Below, piece after piece: positions 19,190-28,639 of a stretch of 64,000 nt of DNA. The position numbers were made by a program, and so were the translations under genes. Source of the stretch: a virus; IMG/VR virus record IMGVR_UViG_3300037502_003888, positions 1 through 64,000 of that record; one strand, 5' to 3'. The notes beneath the pieces are model-generated. The model searched no databases. It had not been told where the DNA came from and was given only the letters and a program-made list of their open reading frames with translations. Position 1 is the first letter of the stretch, and the number at the start of each line of letters is the position of its first letter.

Positions 19190-20357
19190 TGATCAATTGT
19201 CGCTGCATCAGGGGTTCCATCACTCTACGGCGCAGTTCGTCGCCAAACAACCACTGCTGATTGTGCTGTCGTGCCGACTGGGTGGCCCTCCAGATGTCAG
19301 GCAAGTTATCTACAATCTGATCTAGCTGTGACAGCATCTGGTCCATGCGCAGGCGCCAGTCTGCCTGGGCCAGATAATCATGCTGATTCCAGACCTGGTC
19401 CATGACATCAAACCCTAGATTTCTCAAGATCTCAGCGTTGTCAGTGCCCGACGCCAGGCACCATAGCTGACCAGCTGCTAGAGGTTTCGTGGTTTTTTCT
19501 GTGATGAAACCCGGGCTGTGTACCGAAGTTTCAGTTATGATGTTGCAATAGGTATCCCAAAATGCTGGATGATCCAGTGTGTGATCATTGGGCACAGCAT
19601 CAGTGCCCTCGCTGTGATCCTGCAGCGGTAAATTCTGATTCATGGCCCACTGCACCAGCTCGCGATCTTCTAGTTGCTCGGGTTCAAAGTTGCGATAACA
19701 GTTTTCATAGGGATTGTAATCTATGCGACCGAGACTCAGCAGTGCAGCGGATCTCCAGGCGCGGCCCAACACTGCCCGGATCACATGATATCTGTGCAAT
19801 CTAGGAAAGCGGTTGAGGCAGCTCACTGCCCAACGACGCCGACCTGTGCAGTCGGGCAGGCGCTGCTGATCTGTATTCTGAGGCCACTCTCCAGCTCTCC
19901 ACCAACCGGGCTGGCGCCCATAAATCAGGATCCACTGCGGGAAATAGATGTGCCGTGGATGCTCACAACGATTGTCGTTGGTCAAGACCCAGTATTCACG
20001 GCCTGACATCACGTGATCTAACTCAGGGTCTATTTTCCAAGGATCTAGACTAGCATCAAAGATCAAGACTTTGTGGAGCTCAAAACGTTCCAGTGACCTG
20101 AGCCTGTACTGCACTCTGCTGTAATTTATCACAGAGATATCGGATCTCCAGCCCAGCTGCCGGGTCTCGTAGCTCTGATCGTCCGGCGACACGATGGATC
20201 CGAGATGCGGCGACAATGGAGCGAATGCCAGTGGGGCTTGAGTCAGCGTCGACGCATCCGGAGGTTGGGTGGCCGGTTGCTGTGGCCAGACCGCACGACG
20301 GACAGTTCGAGATCGTTGACGCGGCGTGGTATGTCTGGGCTGGAATCTCGACGTCAT
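19179..20357 (-). CDS. Putative glycosyltransferase-like protein (ITEKTxK motif, distant GT10-like)
   Basis: CLNRFPRLHR, NIITET...FITEKTTKPL, LRNLGFD; start uncertain. Confidence 0.5.
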   Translation of the reverse strand: MTSRFQPRHTTPRQRSRTVRRAVWPQQPATQPPDASTLTQAPLAFAPLSPHLGSIVSPDDQSYETRQLGWRSDISVINYSRVQYRLRSLERFELHKVLIFDASLDPWKIDPELDHVMSGREYWVLTNDNRCEHPRHIYFPQWILIYGRQPGWWRAGEWPQNTDQQRLPDCTGRRRWAVSCLNRFPRLHRYHVIRAVLGRAWRSAALLSLGRIDYNPYENCYRNFEPEQLEDRELVQWAMNQNLPLQDHSEGTDAVPNDHTLDHPAFWDTYCNIITETSVHSPGFITEKTTKPLAAGQLWCLASGTDNAEILRNLGFDVMDQVWNQHDYLAQADWRLRMDQMLSQLDQIVDNLPDIWRATQSARQHNQQWLFGDELRRRVMEPLMQRQLITRP

Positions 20358-20376
20358 GCCAAAGTTAGATCAAGAT

Positions 20377-21411
20377 CTAACCCACGCGCCACACAGTGCC
20401 GTCGCTGTACACCGGCACAGCATTGGCACCACCGCCCACAGCAGTGTTAGCAAAAGTCTGGGTGTCAGCATCGGTGACAAAACCCCGGGCACCCACGCCC
20501 ACGGTGTTGGCCGGCACGAGATTGGCCACATCGGTGACAGGGACCGTGGCGTAACCGCCGGGCTCAAAGCTCCAGATATGGCTGTTGGCCGTGACCTGCA
20601 CCGCAGCGTTGCTGCCGGCGTTGACGCGGAAGTTGCTGTATTCACCGCCCACGATGAGATCAGCGCTGGATGCGTCCTGGGTGCCGCCCGCCCGGATGTG
20701 TATGTGTCCCGGTGCTGTGGGATCAAGGATGATGTATTGATCACTGCCAGTCAAACCTTCGTCGGGTATCAACTGCAGAGTGGTGTATCCGTTGCCGTCT
20801 CCGGATGAGTTGGCCACGGTGTTGATCTGGCTCACGGCCGACGCATCGATGTAGCCCATGCGCACATTGCCCGGTGCTGTGAGCACACCATCGGTGCCGA
20901 ATCGCCAGGTCTGATCAGTGCCGGAAGAGTCAGTGACGATGGTGAGATTGGCATAGGTTTGGATGGTGCTGTCTACGATGCTGTTGAGCTGGATATAAGT
21001 GTCAGTGACAGGCTGTGCTTTGAGGATCAAGGTGTTGGCGCCTGCAGTGCCGGTGATGTCGCCTGACACGGTGATGTCTCCGGGTGCGGTCAGTGTGCCA
21101 TTGGTGTCAAAGATCCAGGTGTCCAAGTCGGCCACTGTGATGGTGACATTGCCGTCAGCAGAGGGGATGTCAAAATTGCTGTCTCCGTTGGCCAGGGGCA
21201 ATCCGCCACCACCGCCGCCGGAACTGATGAGAGTCAGCGCGCCGATGTTGTTGCCCACATAGAGAGCGGGCGGATCTGTGACAAGGTTCACCACGAGCTC
21301 GCCGGGTCTGGCATTGCCGTTGTAGTTTGCCAGGGTTTCCTGGGCATTGTCTTTCATCACTGCGCGGCTGATGCCGGTGATGTTGTCGTATGGTGGAGGT
21401 GGATTGGCCAT
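20377..21411 (-). CDS. Fibre/decoration-type structural protein
   Basis: Start re-assigned to ATG 21411 (MANPPPPY), 7 nt after TAAATA (21419-21424); repeated W.FxxxGxLTAPG units and C-terminal GARGFVTDA...VPVYSDGTVWRVG. Confidence 0.65.
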   Translation of the reverse strand: MANPPPPYDNITGISRAVMKDNAQETLANYNGNARPGELVVNLVTDPPALYVGNNIGALTLISSGGGGGGLPLANGDSNFDIPSADGNVTITVADLDTWIFDTNGTLTAPGDITVSGDITGTAGANTLILKAQPVTDTYIQLNSIVDSTIQTYANLTIVTDSSGTDQTWRFGTDGVLTAPGNVRMGYIDASAVSQINTVANSSGDGNGYTTLQLIPDEGLTGSDQYIILDPTAPGHIHIRAGGTQDASSADLIVGGEYSNFRVNAGSNAAVQVTANSHIWSFEPGGYATVPVTDVANLVPANTVGVGARGFVTDADTQTFANTAVGGGANAVPVYSDGTVWRVG

Positions 21412-21430
21412 GATAGAGTATTTATCCACC

Positions 21431-21457
21431 AAAGAAAAACCGCCCGGCGGGGCGGTT
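21431..21457 (-). terminator. Rho-independent terminator
   Basis: AACCGCCC-cgcc-GGGCGGTT followed by TTTCTTT. Confidence 0.75.
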
Positions 21458-21476
21458 CGTCGTGATGCTGGTCGGT

Positions 21477-21674
21477 TTACTTTTTCTTGCAGTCAGCGTG
21501 ATCTTTGTTCTTGACGTCTTTGCAGTCCACTTTGGCGGCGGCAGGCGCAGGCGCAGCAGCGGCGGGAGCAGCAGCAGCGGGTTTGGCAGCAGCGGCCGGA
21601 GCAGCGGGAGCGGTCTGGGCAACTGCGGCAGTGGCAGTGAGCATGGCGATGGTGAGTGCGGCTAAGGTCTTCAT
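21477..21674 (-). CDS. Small secreted Ala/Pro-rich peptide with a C-terminal Cys pair (65 aa)
   Basis: ATG 21674 with CAGGAG SD; signal peptide MKTLAALTIAMLTATAAVA; ends VDCKDVKNKDHADCKKK; TAAATA at 21728-21733. Confidence 0.7.
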   Translation of the reverse strand: MKTLAALTIAMLTATAAVAQTAPAAPAAAAKPAAAAPAAAAPAPAAAKVDCKDVKNKDHADCKKK

Positions 21675-21730
21675 GAGTTCTCCTGGGAAAAGATTTGGGT
21701 TGTGGCAACACCCGTTGCCACCGTGATTAT

Positions 21731-22513
21731 TTACTGGGTGGTCCGGGGCTGGTGGAGATTTTTGCAGTGGTCTCCATGTCTGTTGTACCATCCCACTGCT
21801 ATGTCGCGGTCACAGTGGGGGCAATGTAGTTTCTGTCGTTTCTGACCTCGCAACTTTGCTGCCACGGCTTTTTTTTGTTCTTCAGTCCATGGATTCCGTT
21901 GTGCTCTGATCTGTCGCATGTGCTCTCGACGTTCCGCTGTCCATTCTACTTTCTTCATTGGATTGTTTTCACCTTGCATATGGATTTTGTTTTTTTCTCC
22001 AATCTTTTTCTTAGTATCTTCTGAATGAGATTTTCCATACATAGGATTGTTGCTGCCAGATTTGAGTTGAGACATCAACAATTTGTATTCTGGCGTTTGA
22101 TTTTTAGAGTTTAATTTAGGTTTTCCTTTTTGAGATTCGCTCAAGTTCTTTTTGTGTTCTTCGCTTTTAGCCCTGCCTCTGTGGAAGTCACTGATCTTCT
22201 TGCGGCTCTCTTCGGTGGGCACGATGTATCCTGCTACGTTCTGATTGATCCAGCGATCATCTTGCAACACTCTGCATCTGCGTAGCACACGGGTTTCCCA
22301 GGCCACAGCTTGTTCTTTGGTTTCAAACACTCTGCGGATCTCTACATCAAAGCTATCTCTTCCGGTTTCTTCTATGAGTTGCTGGACCTTAGGGCTGCTT
22401 GTGAAATAGTGATGCCAGAGATCTTGTTCTGGTTCGACTTTGTTTGCAGCACGCACTCCGTAGTAAACACGATTAGTTGGGCGATGTCGGATCAGATAGG
22501 TGTATGGTTTCAT
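21731..22513 (-). mobile_element. Free-standing GIY-YIG (Seg-like) homing endonuclease with NUMOD3 motif and C-terminal zinc finger
   Basis: YTYLI...YYGVR, YFTSS, WETRVL; NNPMYGKSHSEDTKKKI; CPHC...HGDHC; visibly more AT-rich than its flanks; sits after gp23 as T4 segD does. Confidence 0.8.
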
Positions 22514-22579
22514 AATGGTATTTAGTTAGTAACAGCAATATCATTAATCTAAAATAACATTTTAAGGCACAATAGTCAA

Positions 22580-22609
22580 CAAAAAACCCCACCGAAGTGA
22601 GGTTTTTTG
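22580..22609 (-). terminator. Terminator after the major capsid gene, cUUCGg loop
   Basis: CAAAAAACCTCAC-TTCG-GTGGGGTTTTTTG. Confidence 0.8.
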
Positions 22610-22634
22610 ATTTTGATGCAACAACGTGAACTGA

Positions 22635-23831
22635 TTACGAGAAGGACAAGTTCGAGACTGCTATCTCGCCAACATAGTCGCCCGCGTTACCAAAGGACGA
22701 CGCAGTATTTGTCAATTCTATGTACCCGTAACGTGTCATAAAGCTAACCACTGGTTCAAACGTTGTGGGATCCAGCACCACGCCACTGGACATCAAGGGG
22801 ATGTAGGGGCAGTAGAATGCCGGAGCATCAGCTTCCGAAGTGCCTTTGTAGCCAACCAGCACAGGTGTGGTGTCAGCAGCATAGCTGTCAACAAACACAC
22901 GCATAGCACCGTTCAGCGTGCCCACGAACTTGGTGTTGGTGGGAGCTTCAAACGTGCCTTCTGTGGTGCGAGCAAAAGCCGAAGTTGTTGCACTTTGCAG
23001 CACAGTCAACGAGGCTGAGCTCACAACAGCGTAGTTACCAGCACCGCGGCGTGTGCGCTGGGCGATGAGGTTGGCAACGCGGTTGATCAACACTGCCAGA
23101 GCAGCGTGCTCGTCACCCACGAACGTAGCCGTACCTGAAACGGTGGCTTGGTTATAGGTGAACTCTGTGGTGGCGAGACTACGGAGGCTCAGGAGGATCT
23201 CCTGATCAATTTCAGCCGTGATCTCTTGGGCCAGCGCAGCCATGATTTCTGCTTCAACGTCAATGCCATGCATGGCCTGTGCGTCTTGGGCAGATTCAAA
23301 CGTCCAGCGAGCTTGCAGCTTGCGGGTCTTGGCTTCAACGGCCTGCTTGAGGATCTGCACAGAGATTTGCTTACCGCCTGTGCCTTCCATCACTGCTGTG
23401 TTACCGCCGGTGTAGTTGGTTGTAGAATCTACATCTTTGGGCACTGTTGAATATGCAGTGGCGATGGTGAACGGGCTAAGAGCTTCCTGACCAGCTGTGA
23501 CAGAGGTCTGTGCAGCCGAGTTGTCGTTGAAGTTCTGTGCATAGCGCACCCGCAGCGTGTGGATCTGACCCACGGGACCGGTCATGGGCTGTACACCAAC
23601 CAGCTCATTGGCGATAACAGTGGGCATCACGCGTCGGATCACCGGCAGGATCACGCGGTTCAGCGTGGCGATATTGCCGCTTGCTGTGGAACCCGAACTG
23701 GCGTTCTCTTTGAGGTAGCGTCGGGTGTTCTCAAGGATCACCTTCATGCTGTTGCGCCGTGTACCATTGAGTCCTTCCAGCAGAGCCTCTTTGGTTTCTT
23801 CCCAGCGGCTTTCAAGTAGTTCTTGTGACAT
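22635..23831 (-). CDS. gp23: Major capsid protein
   Basis: VGVQPMTGPVGQIHTLR, VEAKTRKLQARWT.E.AQD, EIDQEIL, AFYCPYIPL, FMTRYG. Confidence 0.97.
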   Translation of the reverse strand: MSQELLESRWEETKEALLEGLNGTRRNSMKVILENTRRYLKENASSGSTASGNIATLNRVILPVIRRVMPTVIANELVGVQPMTGPVGQIHTLRVRYAQNFNDNSAAQTSVTAGQEALSPFTIATAYSTVPKDVDSTTNYTGGNTAVMEGTGGKQISVQILKQAVEAKTRKLQARWTFESAQDAQAMHGIDVEAEIMAALAQEITAEIDQEILLSLRSLATTEFTYNQATVSGTATFVGDEHAALAVLINRVANLIAQRTRRGAGNYAVVSSASLTVLQSATTSAFARTTEGTFEAPTNTKFVGTLNGAMRVFVDSYAADTTPVLVGYKGTSEADAPAFYCPYIPLMSSGVVLDPTTFEPVVSFMTRYGYIELTNTASSFGNAGDYVGEIAVSNLSFS

Positions 23832-23847
23832 CTAAGTCTCCTAGTTT

Positions 23848-24939
23848 TTAGTTGAGGCCTGCCAGACGCTTGAGGTCGATCACGTTGCTGCGATCTTCAC
23901 CTTCGGGCATCGGCGGGTTTTTATCACCAGTTACGGCTGTGACCGATTCTGTGATCACTTTGGCGGCTTTCACGGAACGATCTTCCAACACAGCTGGTAG
24001 ATACTTTTCGAAAGCGTTTTTCAGACGCGATGTCTGCACGCTTTCCAAGAGATTACGCATGACTTCAGCTTTTTCGCGATTCAACGGTGCCAACAGCTCG
24101 GTCATGAGTTGTGTGCGCTCGTTGTTTTCGCGGATCCTGCGGATCTCCTGTTCTTTGCTTTCCACCAAGGTGCGAGCACGCTCGCTGAGCTTGACGGCTT
24201 CGGCCAGTCGGCGATCACGGTGCTGGATCATCTGATGGAGTCGGCGTACTTCGGCTTTCTCGTTGAGATGTGTGGCACCAAACTCTGCGGCGTAGGCTTC
24301 AAATATCCTGCGTCCAAAGTTGTTTTCACGCGCGGTCTGGATGTCTTCTTTGAGCTGGCTGAGCTCGGTGCGTAGATGACGGCTCACGCTTTCACTCAGC
24401 TTACGGCTGCTCTCTGCAACAAAACGCTGCTTGAGAGTCTCGAGTTTGGCACGTGCTTCGCGCACCAGTCTCACTCGGGTTTCTACCACTGCTCGCTTGT
24501 CCTGCGCGAATTCACGGATCTCGCGTGCTAGAGCTTCTACCACGAAACGCTCGAGTTTGTCCAGCGCTCCACGATGCTCCAGGCGATCCCGGCGCAGTTC
24601 TCCGATCTCTTCGGCCAGTTTGGTCACCAAGAAACTGTTGAACTTGGTGGCGCTTTCCTTCATCTTGGCCTGGAACTTCACTCGATCTTCGGCCAGCTGA
24701 CGACGTTCTTCAGCGATGCCTTGGATCTCTGTGGTGAGTCCATCGGATATCATGCGATCTAGGGCTTCAACCATGACTGCTTTGTCATGCTCATAGCGTT
24801 GTGCGAATTCCTCGCGGAGTTCCGCACGTACCTGCTCTCTGGCTTCAGTGAGTTTTGATTCCCAAGCTTCGTTGAGTTCTCGGCTCACGTCCTCGTTGAT
24901 CAGGCCGCTGTCAAGCAATGGTTTAATAGCATCAAACAT
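23848..24939 (-). CDS. gp22: Prohead core scaffold protein
   Basis: Charged coiled-coil protein between protease and capsid genes; FGRRIFEAY, LKRLAGL. Confidence 0.85.
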   Translation of the reverse strand: MFDAIKPLLDSGLINEDVSRELNEAWESKLTEAREQVRAELREEFAQRYEHDKAVMVEALDRMISDGLTTEIQGIAEERRQLAEDRVKFQAKMKESATKFNSFLVTKLAEEIGELRRDRLEHRGALDKLERFVVEALAREIREFAQDKRAVVETRVRLVREARAKLETLKQRFVAESSRKLSESVSRHLRTELSQLKEDIQTARENNFGRRIFEAYAAEFGATHLNEKAEVRRLHQMIQHRDRRLAEAVKLSERARTLVESKEQEIRRIRENNERTQLMTELLAPLNREKAEVMRNLLESVQTSRLKNAFEKYLPAVLEDRSVKAAKVITESVTAVTGDKNPPMPEGEDRSNVIDLKRLAGLN

Positions 24940-24951
24940 GCTTGCTTCTCC

Positions 24952-25596
24952 TTAGATTTTGAGCTCTCGGATCAGGCGTTTGATTTCCTGAGCCAGATAG
25001 CCCCTTACCCTGTTGTCCTCACCAGATTCGCGAGCCATCTCCATGAGCCGATGTCCATGACGCATGTTCATGAGACCTTCGTATATGGCCTGTGGATAGG
25101 CATTGGGTGCGCTGGGTTGGGCAACCACATCTATAGTGACTATCTCAAAGTCACTTACATGTCCTGTGCGATCATCAACGTTGCCAGAACCACGGCTTGA
25201 CACGCCCAGTTTCACCCCGGCTGTGAGCAGGCTGCGGATCAATTCGCCCATGGGTGTGGGCAGGATTTTCAGCTTGCCGCAACCCGCATGGCCATCCATC
25301 CACATGCCTTCCACGGAGTGACACACCCGATCGAGATTGATCTTGAGATCATCGGGGTGGTCCACTTCGCCCAGCACGGAGTTACCGCTGCGTATCTGTT
25401 CGTTGATGGTTTCTACTGCTTTGAGTATCTCATGGCGGGGATATATGCGCTCGTTGGCGTTTTTCTTGTCGCCTTCGATGCATATACCCTTGAGATAGAG
25501 ATTCTTACCACCAGGCCGTGTTGCATCGTCTTCAGTGATGACTTCGATGCGAGCCTGGTTAAAGGTAAGTTGTTCCCGGAGATAACGTGAAGTCAC
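24952..25596 (-). CDS. gp21: Prohead protease
   Basis: NANERIYP, LGEVDHP, LGVSSRGSG, DVVAQPSAPNAY. Confidence 0.95.
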   Translation of the reverse strand: MTSRYLREQLTFNQARIEVITEDDATRPGGKNLYLKGICIEGDKKNANERIYPRHEILKAVETINEQIRSGNSVLGEVDHPDDLKINLDRVCHSVEGMWMDGHAGCGKLKILPTPMGELIRSLLTAGVKLGVSSRGSGNVDDRTGHVSDFEIVTIDVVAQPSAPNAYPQAIYEGLMNMRHGHRLMEMARESGEDNRVRGYLAQEIKRLIRELKI

Positions 25597-25602
25597 GATC
25601 TA

Positions 25603-26475
25603 TTAGCCCTTGGGGAACGGAGTTTTGGTGTTGACGCCCGAAGCCTGTGATGTCACGGGTTTTGGAGCAGCCTTTTGATCTTTCATCGTGGCACCAGCTT
25701 TGTTCTGGAAATCCGAAATGAGATCTTTGGTAGTGGGAGCTGGACGACCTTGAGCGATGTCACCGGTCATCTTCACTGGGCTTGCTGCCATGCCAGTCTG
25801 TCCACTGTTGTTGTTATTGATGCTTTTCTTGTTGATGCCAGGCTCTTCCGAAGTCACAGGCTTGGGAGCAGCTTTGAGGCTGATGGCTTCTGCCATGGGA
25901 ATACCGCCCATTTCAGGCATCATCTCAGCGGTGTCGTCCATTTCAATGGCATCGCCGCCTTCGCCAGGACCAAAATCATCGCCGTCGCCCATGTCATCGC
26001 CCATGCCGCCTTCGTCACCCATGAGTGACTCAAACTCAGCCATGAGTTCGTCGAGCTTGTCTTCGAGATCCATGACGCGATCTTCGAGATCGCCTTCGCC
26101 TTCACCGCCCATGTCTGAATCTACATCGGCATCAATGTCGATTTCTTCTTCGCCTTCTTCGTCGCCTTCCATGCTCATGTCGGCTTCTTCGTCGGTTTCG
26201 ATCTCATCGATCATGTCATCGGCAGCATCGCCGCCCATGCCTTCGCCCACGGCGCCGCTGGCAGCACCCATGTCGTTGCCTACATCCACACGACCTTCTT
26301 CAAGATCTTCATCTTCGTCGTCGTCGTGCTTGGCTTCGTCGATGTCTTCTTCTTCGGCCATGATGTTTTCGTAGATTTCACGGCTTTTGGCCACTACGAT
26401 GTCATGAAAAAGCTCACGAGCTTTTGCGTCCTCATCGTTGATCACATATTCGATCAACTGTTCAAATCGGTTCAT
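25603..26475 (-). CDS. Acidic prohead core/internal protein (gp67/gp68 position)
   Basis: Very D/E-rich; duplicated KAAPKPVTS; AAGGAG SD and TAAATA at 26504-26509. Confidence 0.65.
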   Translation of the reverse strand: MNRFEQLIEYVINDEDAKARELFHDIVVAKSREIYENIMAEEEDIDEAKHDDDEDEDLEEGRVDVGNDMGAASGAVGEGMGGDAADDMIDEIETDEEADMSMEGDEEGEEEIDIDADVDSDMGGEGEGDLEDRVMDLEDKLDELMAEFESLMGDEGGMGDDMGDGDDFGPGEGGDAIEMDDTAEMMPEMGGIPMAEAISLKAAPKPVTSEEPGINKKSINNNNSGQTGMAASPVKMTGDIAQGRPAPTTKDLISDFQNKAGATMKDQKAAPKPVTSQASGVNTKTPFPKG

Positions 26476-26565
26476 AGGAAACTCCTTGTGAAAAGTGTAA
26501 TTTTATTTACAAAACCCGTGACAAGACCTTGGTTTAGTGCGCCAAAAAGAGTGGTTTCAGGGTTT

Positions 26566-26787
26566 TTACAGTGGTGGGGGCGCAGCAGGTGGTGCGTATT
26601 GCTGGCGGATGCGGTCAAGTTTTTCTCGGTATTCCACGGCGCGCACGTCGTTCATCTTGCGCAGTTTGTTGAGCTGGCGCAGGGTGAGACGTGTCTTTCG
26701 CAGATCATCTTTGGTGACCTGGCTGTTGTCCGCGGAGAGATCTTGATAGGCTTCCGGTTCTTTTTGATAAAATTCTGTCAGCAGCAT
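26566..26787 (-). CDS. Small head-module protein
   Basis: 73 aa between portal and core genes; ATG 5 nt after TAAATA (26793-26798). Confidence 0.7.
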   Translation of the reverse strand: MLLTEFYQKEPEAYQDLSADNSQVTKDDLRKTRLTLRQLNKLRKMNDVRAVEYREKLDRIRQQYAPPAAPPPL

Positions 26788-26795
26788 AGAGATAT

Positions 26796-28613
26796 TTATG
26801 CGCCTACAGGTGCCGCGCCACCCGGTGCTCCAGCGCCCGAAGCCGGTAGCACTCCTCCCGGAGGTGCGGCCGGAGCCGCTCCTGGCGCGCCTGCTTCGGG
26901 ACCCGCACCGCCTTCGAGACCAGCTATCTCTTGGCCCATGTCAATGTCACCTTCGATGCCGCCCGGGGTAATTCCCACACTGCGTAGATCTTGGCCAGTG
27001 TCCTGTGGCATGTCGGGTTCGGCGCGCTCTTCAGCCCAGAGTTCTTCGTTCTCGCGCATCTCGTCTTCGGTGAGACCCAAGTAACGTTTCATGAGGAATC
27101 GCTTGGAAAAGTAAGGCAGGGGTTCCAGACCTTGGAATGCCGTGAGACGCACACCATCCAGCTCGCTCTGGCGATAGCTGGCAAAGTTCTGTGGCGGGTT
27201 GAAGCGCAGGGTGAACAGGCTGTTGTCAATGTTGAGTCCGCGCCACTTCATGAACATCTTGAACTCGTCGTCGAGTTTCTGCGCTATGGCGTTTTGCAGG
27301 CGCTCGCAGTATTGATTGAATCGATATTCTTGGATCAGGGCAGTGCCCACACGTCCGTCACTGAGAGCGCGATCTGAGTCGTCAGGACCCGTGGGCAGGT
27401 AACTGCTAGGCACACGCAGACCACGAGCCATCTTGTTGTTGAAATACTTGAGGTCGTCGATCTCGCCGAGATTGGTACCACCCGGCAGGGTCTCTACTGA
27501 GCTACCGCGACCGTCCTGACCCTGGGGGAAGAAATAGTCTTCGTTGATGCTGAGAGGATTGTAACTGGCGTCCATCATGTTGGCGCCGCCACCGGTGACA
27601 GTGGGTATGCGCCGCTGATGCATTTCGTTTTTAACACGTTCCACAAACTGCATGGCCAAGTGACTGGGCATGTTGCCCACGTCGATCTTGAAGATACGTC
27701 GTTCAGGTGCTCGGCTCACGCGGTAAATCAGCACGCTGTCTTCCAGCAATTCTTTCTGTTTGAATACCTTGTAGATCTGTTCCAGCACAGATCTACCAAA
27801 CGGCCAGAATACGTCTAGACCTTCGTTGAGGCTGAGATGCACGATGTGCTTGGCATCTAGGCAAGTCTCGTTCATGGCTGTCATGAATCGCGCATTGCCC
27901 ACACCTCCGCCCGCACCGCCGTTGGGCATGGTGTAATTGGCTGACCCCGATATGGTGCCTGTCACCGGATTGGTCATGTAGTCCGTGGTGGTCTTCTGGG
28001 CTATGGTCATGCTCTGGAAATTAGGGTTGATGTCACGCACCACATATTGTTCGGGCCGTTTGCCTTCACTTTCATTGACAATGATGCGCATGACCTTGCT
28101 CATGTCTACCCAGTACAGCTCAAAAGTCTCAGGATCACGCGCAAATACTTGATCCCCGTACTTGATGGTGTTGCGGAACAACTTGAATATCCTCTGATCA
28201 AACTTGTTGAGTTTGACCCACTGCTGCAGTTGTTTGCGTATGATGTCTACTTCGTGATCCGTGGGCTTGTCATTGTATTCCACACGGAACGGGGTCTTGT
28301 TGTCGTCGTTGAACTGTGTGGAGAATTCCGCTATGATGTCAAGGCAGGCGTTGATCTCCGAGTCCATGTCCATGTTTTCATACTGGTTGTAGCGCTCGAT
28401 GCGATTGGGGTGTCCCGAATACACTTCAGGCAGCCGGCTGGCATAGTTACGGAAAGTAAAGTCCGGTGGCATACCTTCGTAACCACCGTTGTTGCGTCCA
28501 TAGTTGGGCAAGCCAAACTGGTTGTGACCAGATATTGGACTCATTTGCCCCGATGTATCAGCTATTTTGAAATATTTGCGCCACGAACCACGTGGTCCTT
28601 GATTGTCCGCCAT
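26796..28613 (-). CDS. gp20: Portal vertex protein
   Basis: LLEDSVLIYRVSRAPERRIFKIDVGNMP, EDYFFP..GRGSSVETLPGG.NLGEIDDLKYF; TAAATA at 28632-28637. Confidence 0.96.
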   Translation of the reverse strand: MADNQGPRGSWRKYFKIADTSGQMSPISGHNQFGLPNYGRNNGGYEGMPPDFTFRNYASRLPEVYSGHPNRIERYNQYENMDMDSEINACLDIIAEFSTQFNDDNKTPFRVEYNDKPTDHEVDIIRKQLQQWVKLNKFDQRIFKLFRNTIKYGDQVFARDPETFELYWVDMSKVMRIIVNESEGKRPEQYVVRDINPNFQSMTIAQKTTTDYMTNPVTGTISGSANYTMPNGGAGGGVGNARFMTAMNETCLDAKHIVHLSLNEGLDVFWPFGRSVLEQIYKVFKQKELLEDSVLIYRVSRAPERRIFKIDVGNMPSHLAMQFVERVKNEMHQRRIPTVTGGGANMMDASYNPLSINEDYFFPQGQDGRGSSVETLPGGTNLGEIDDLKYFNNKMARGLRVPSSYLPTGPDDSDRALSDGRVGTALIQEYRFNQYCERLQNAIAQKLDDEFKMFMKWRGLNIDNSLFTLRFNPPQNFASYRQSELDGVRLTAFQGLEPLPYFSKRFLMKRYLGLTEDEMRENEELWAEERAEPDMPQDTGQDLRSVGITPGGIEGDIDMGQEIAGLEGGAGPEAGAPGAAPAAPPGGVLPASGAGAPGGAAPVGA

Positions 28614-28639
28614 GCCTGGGATCCTTTGAGTTATTTACG

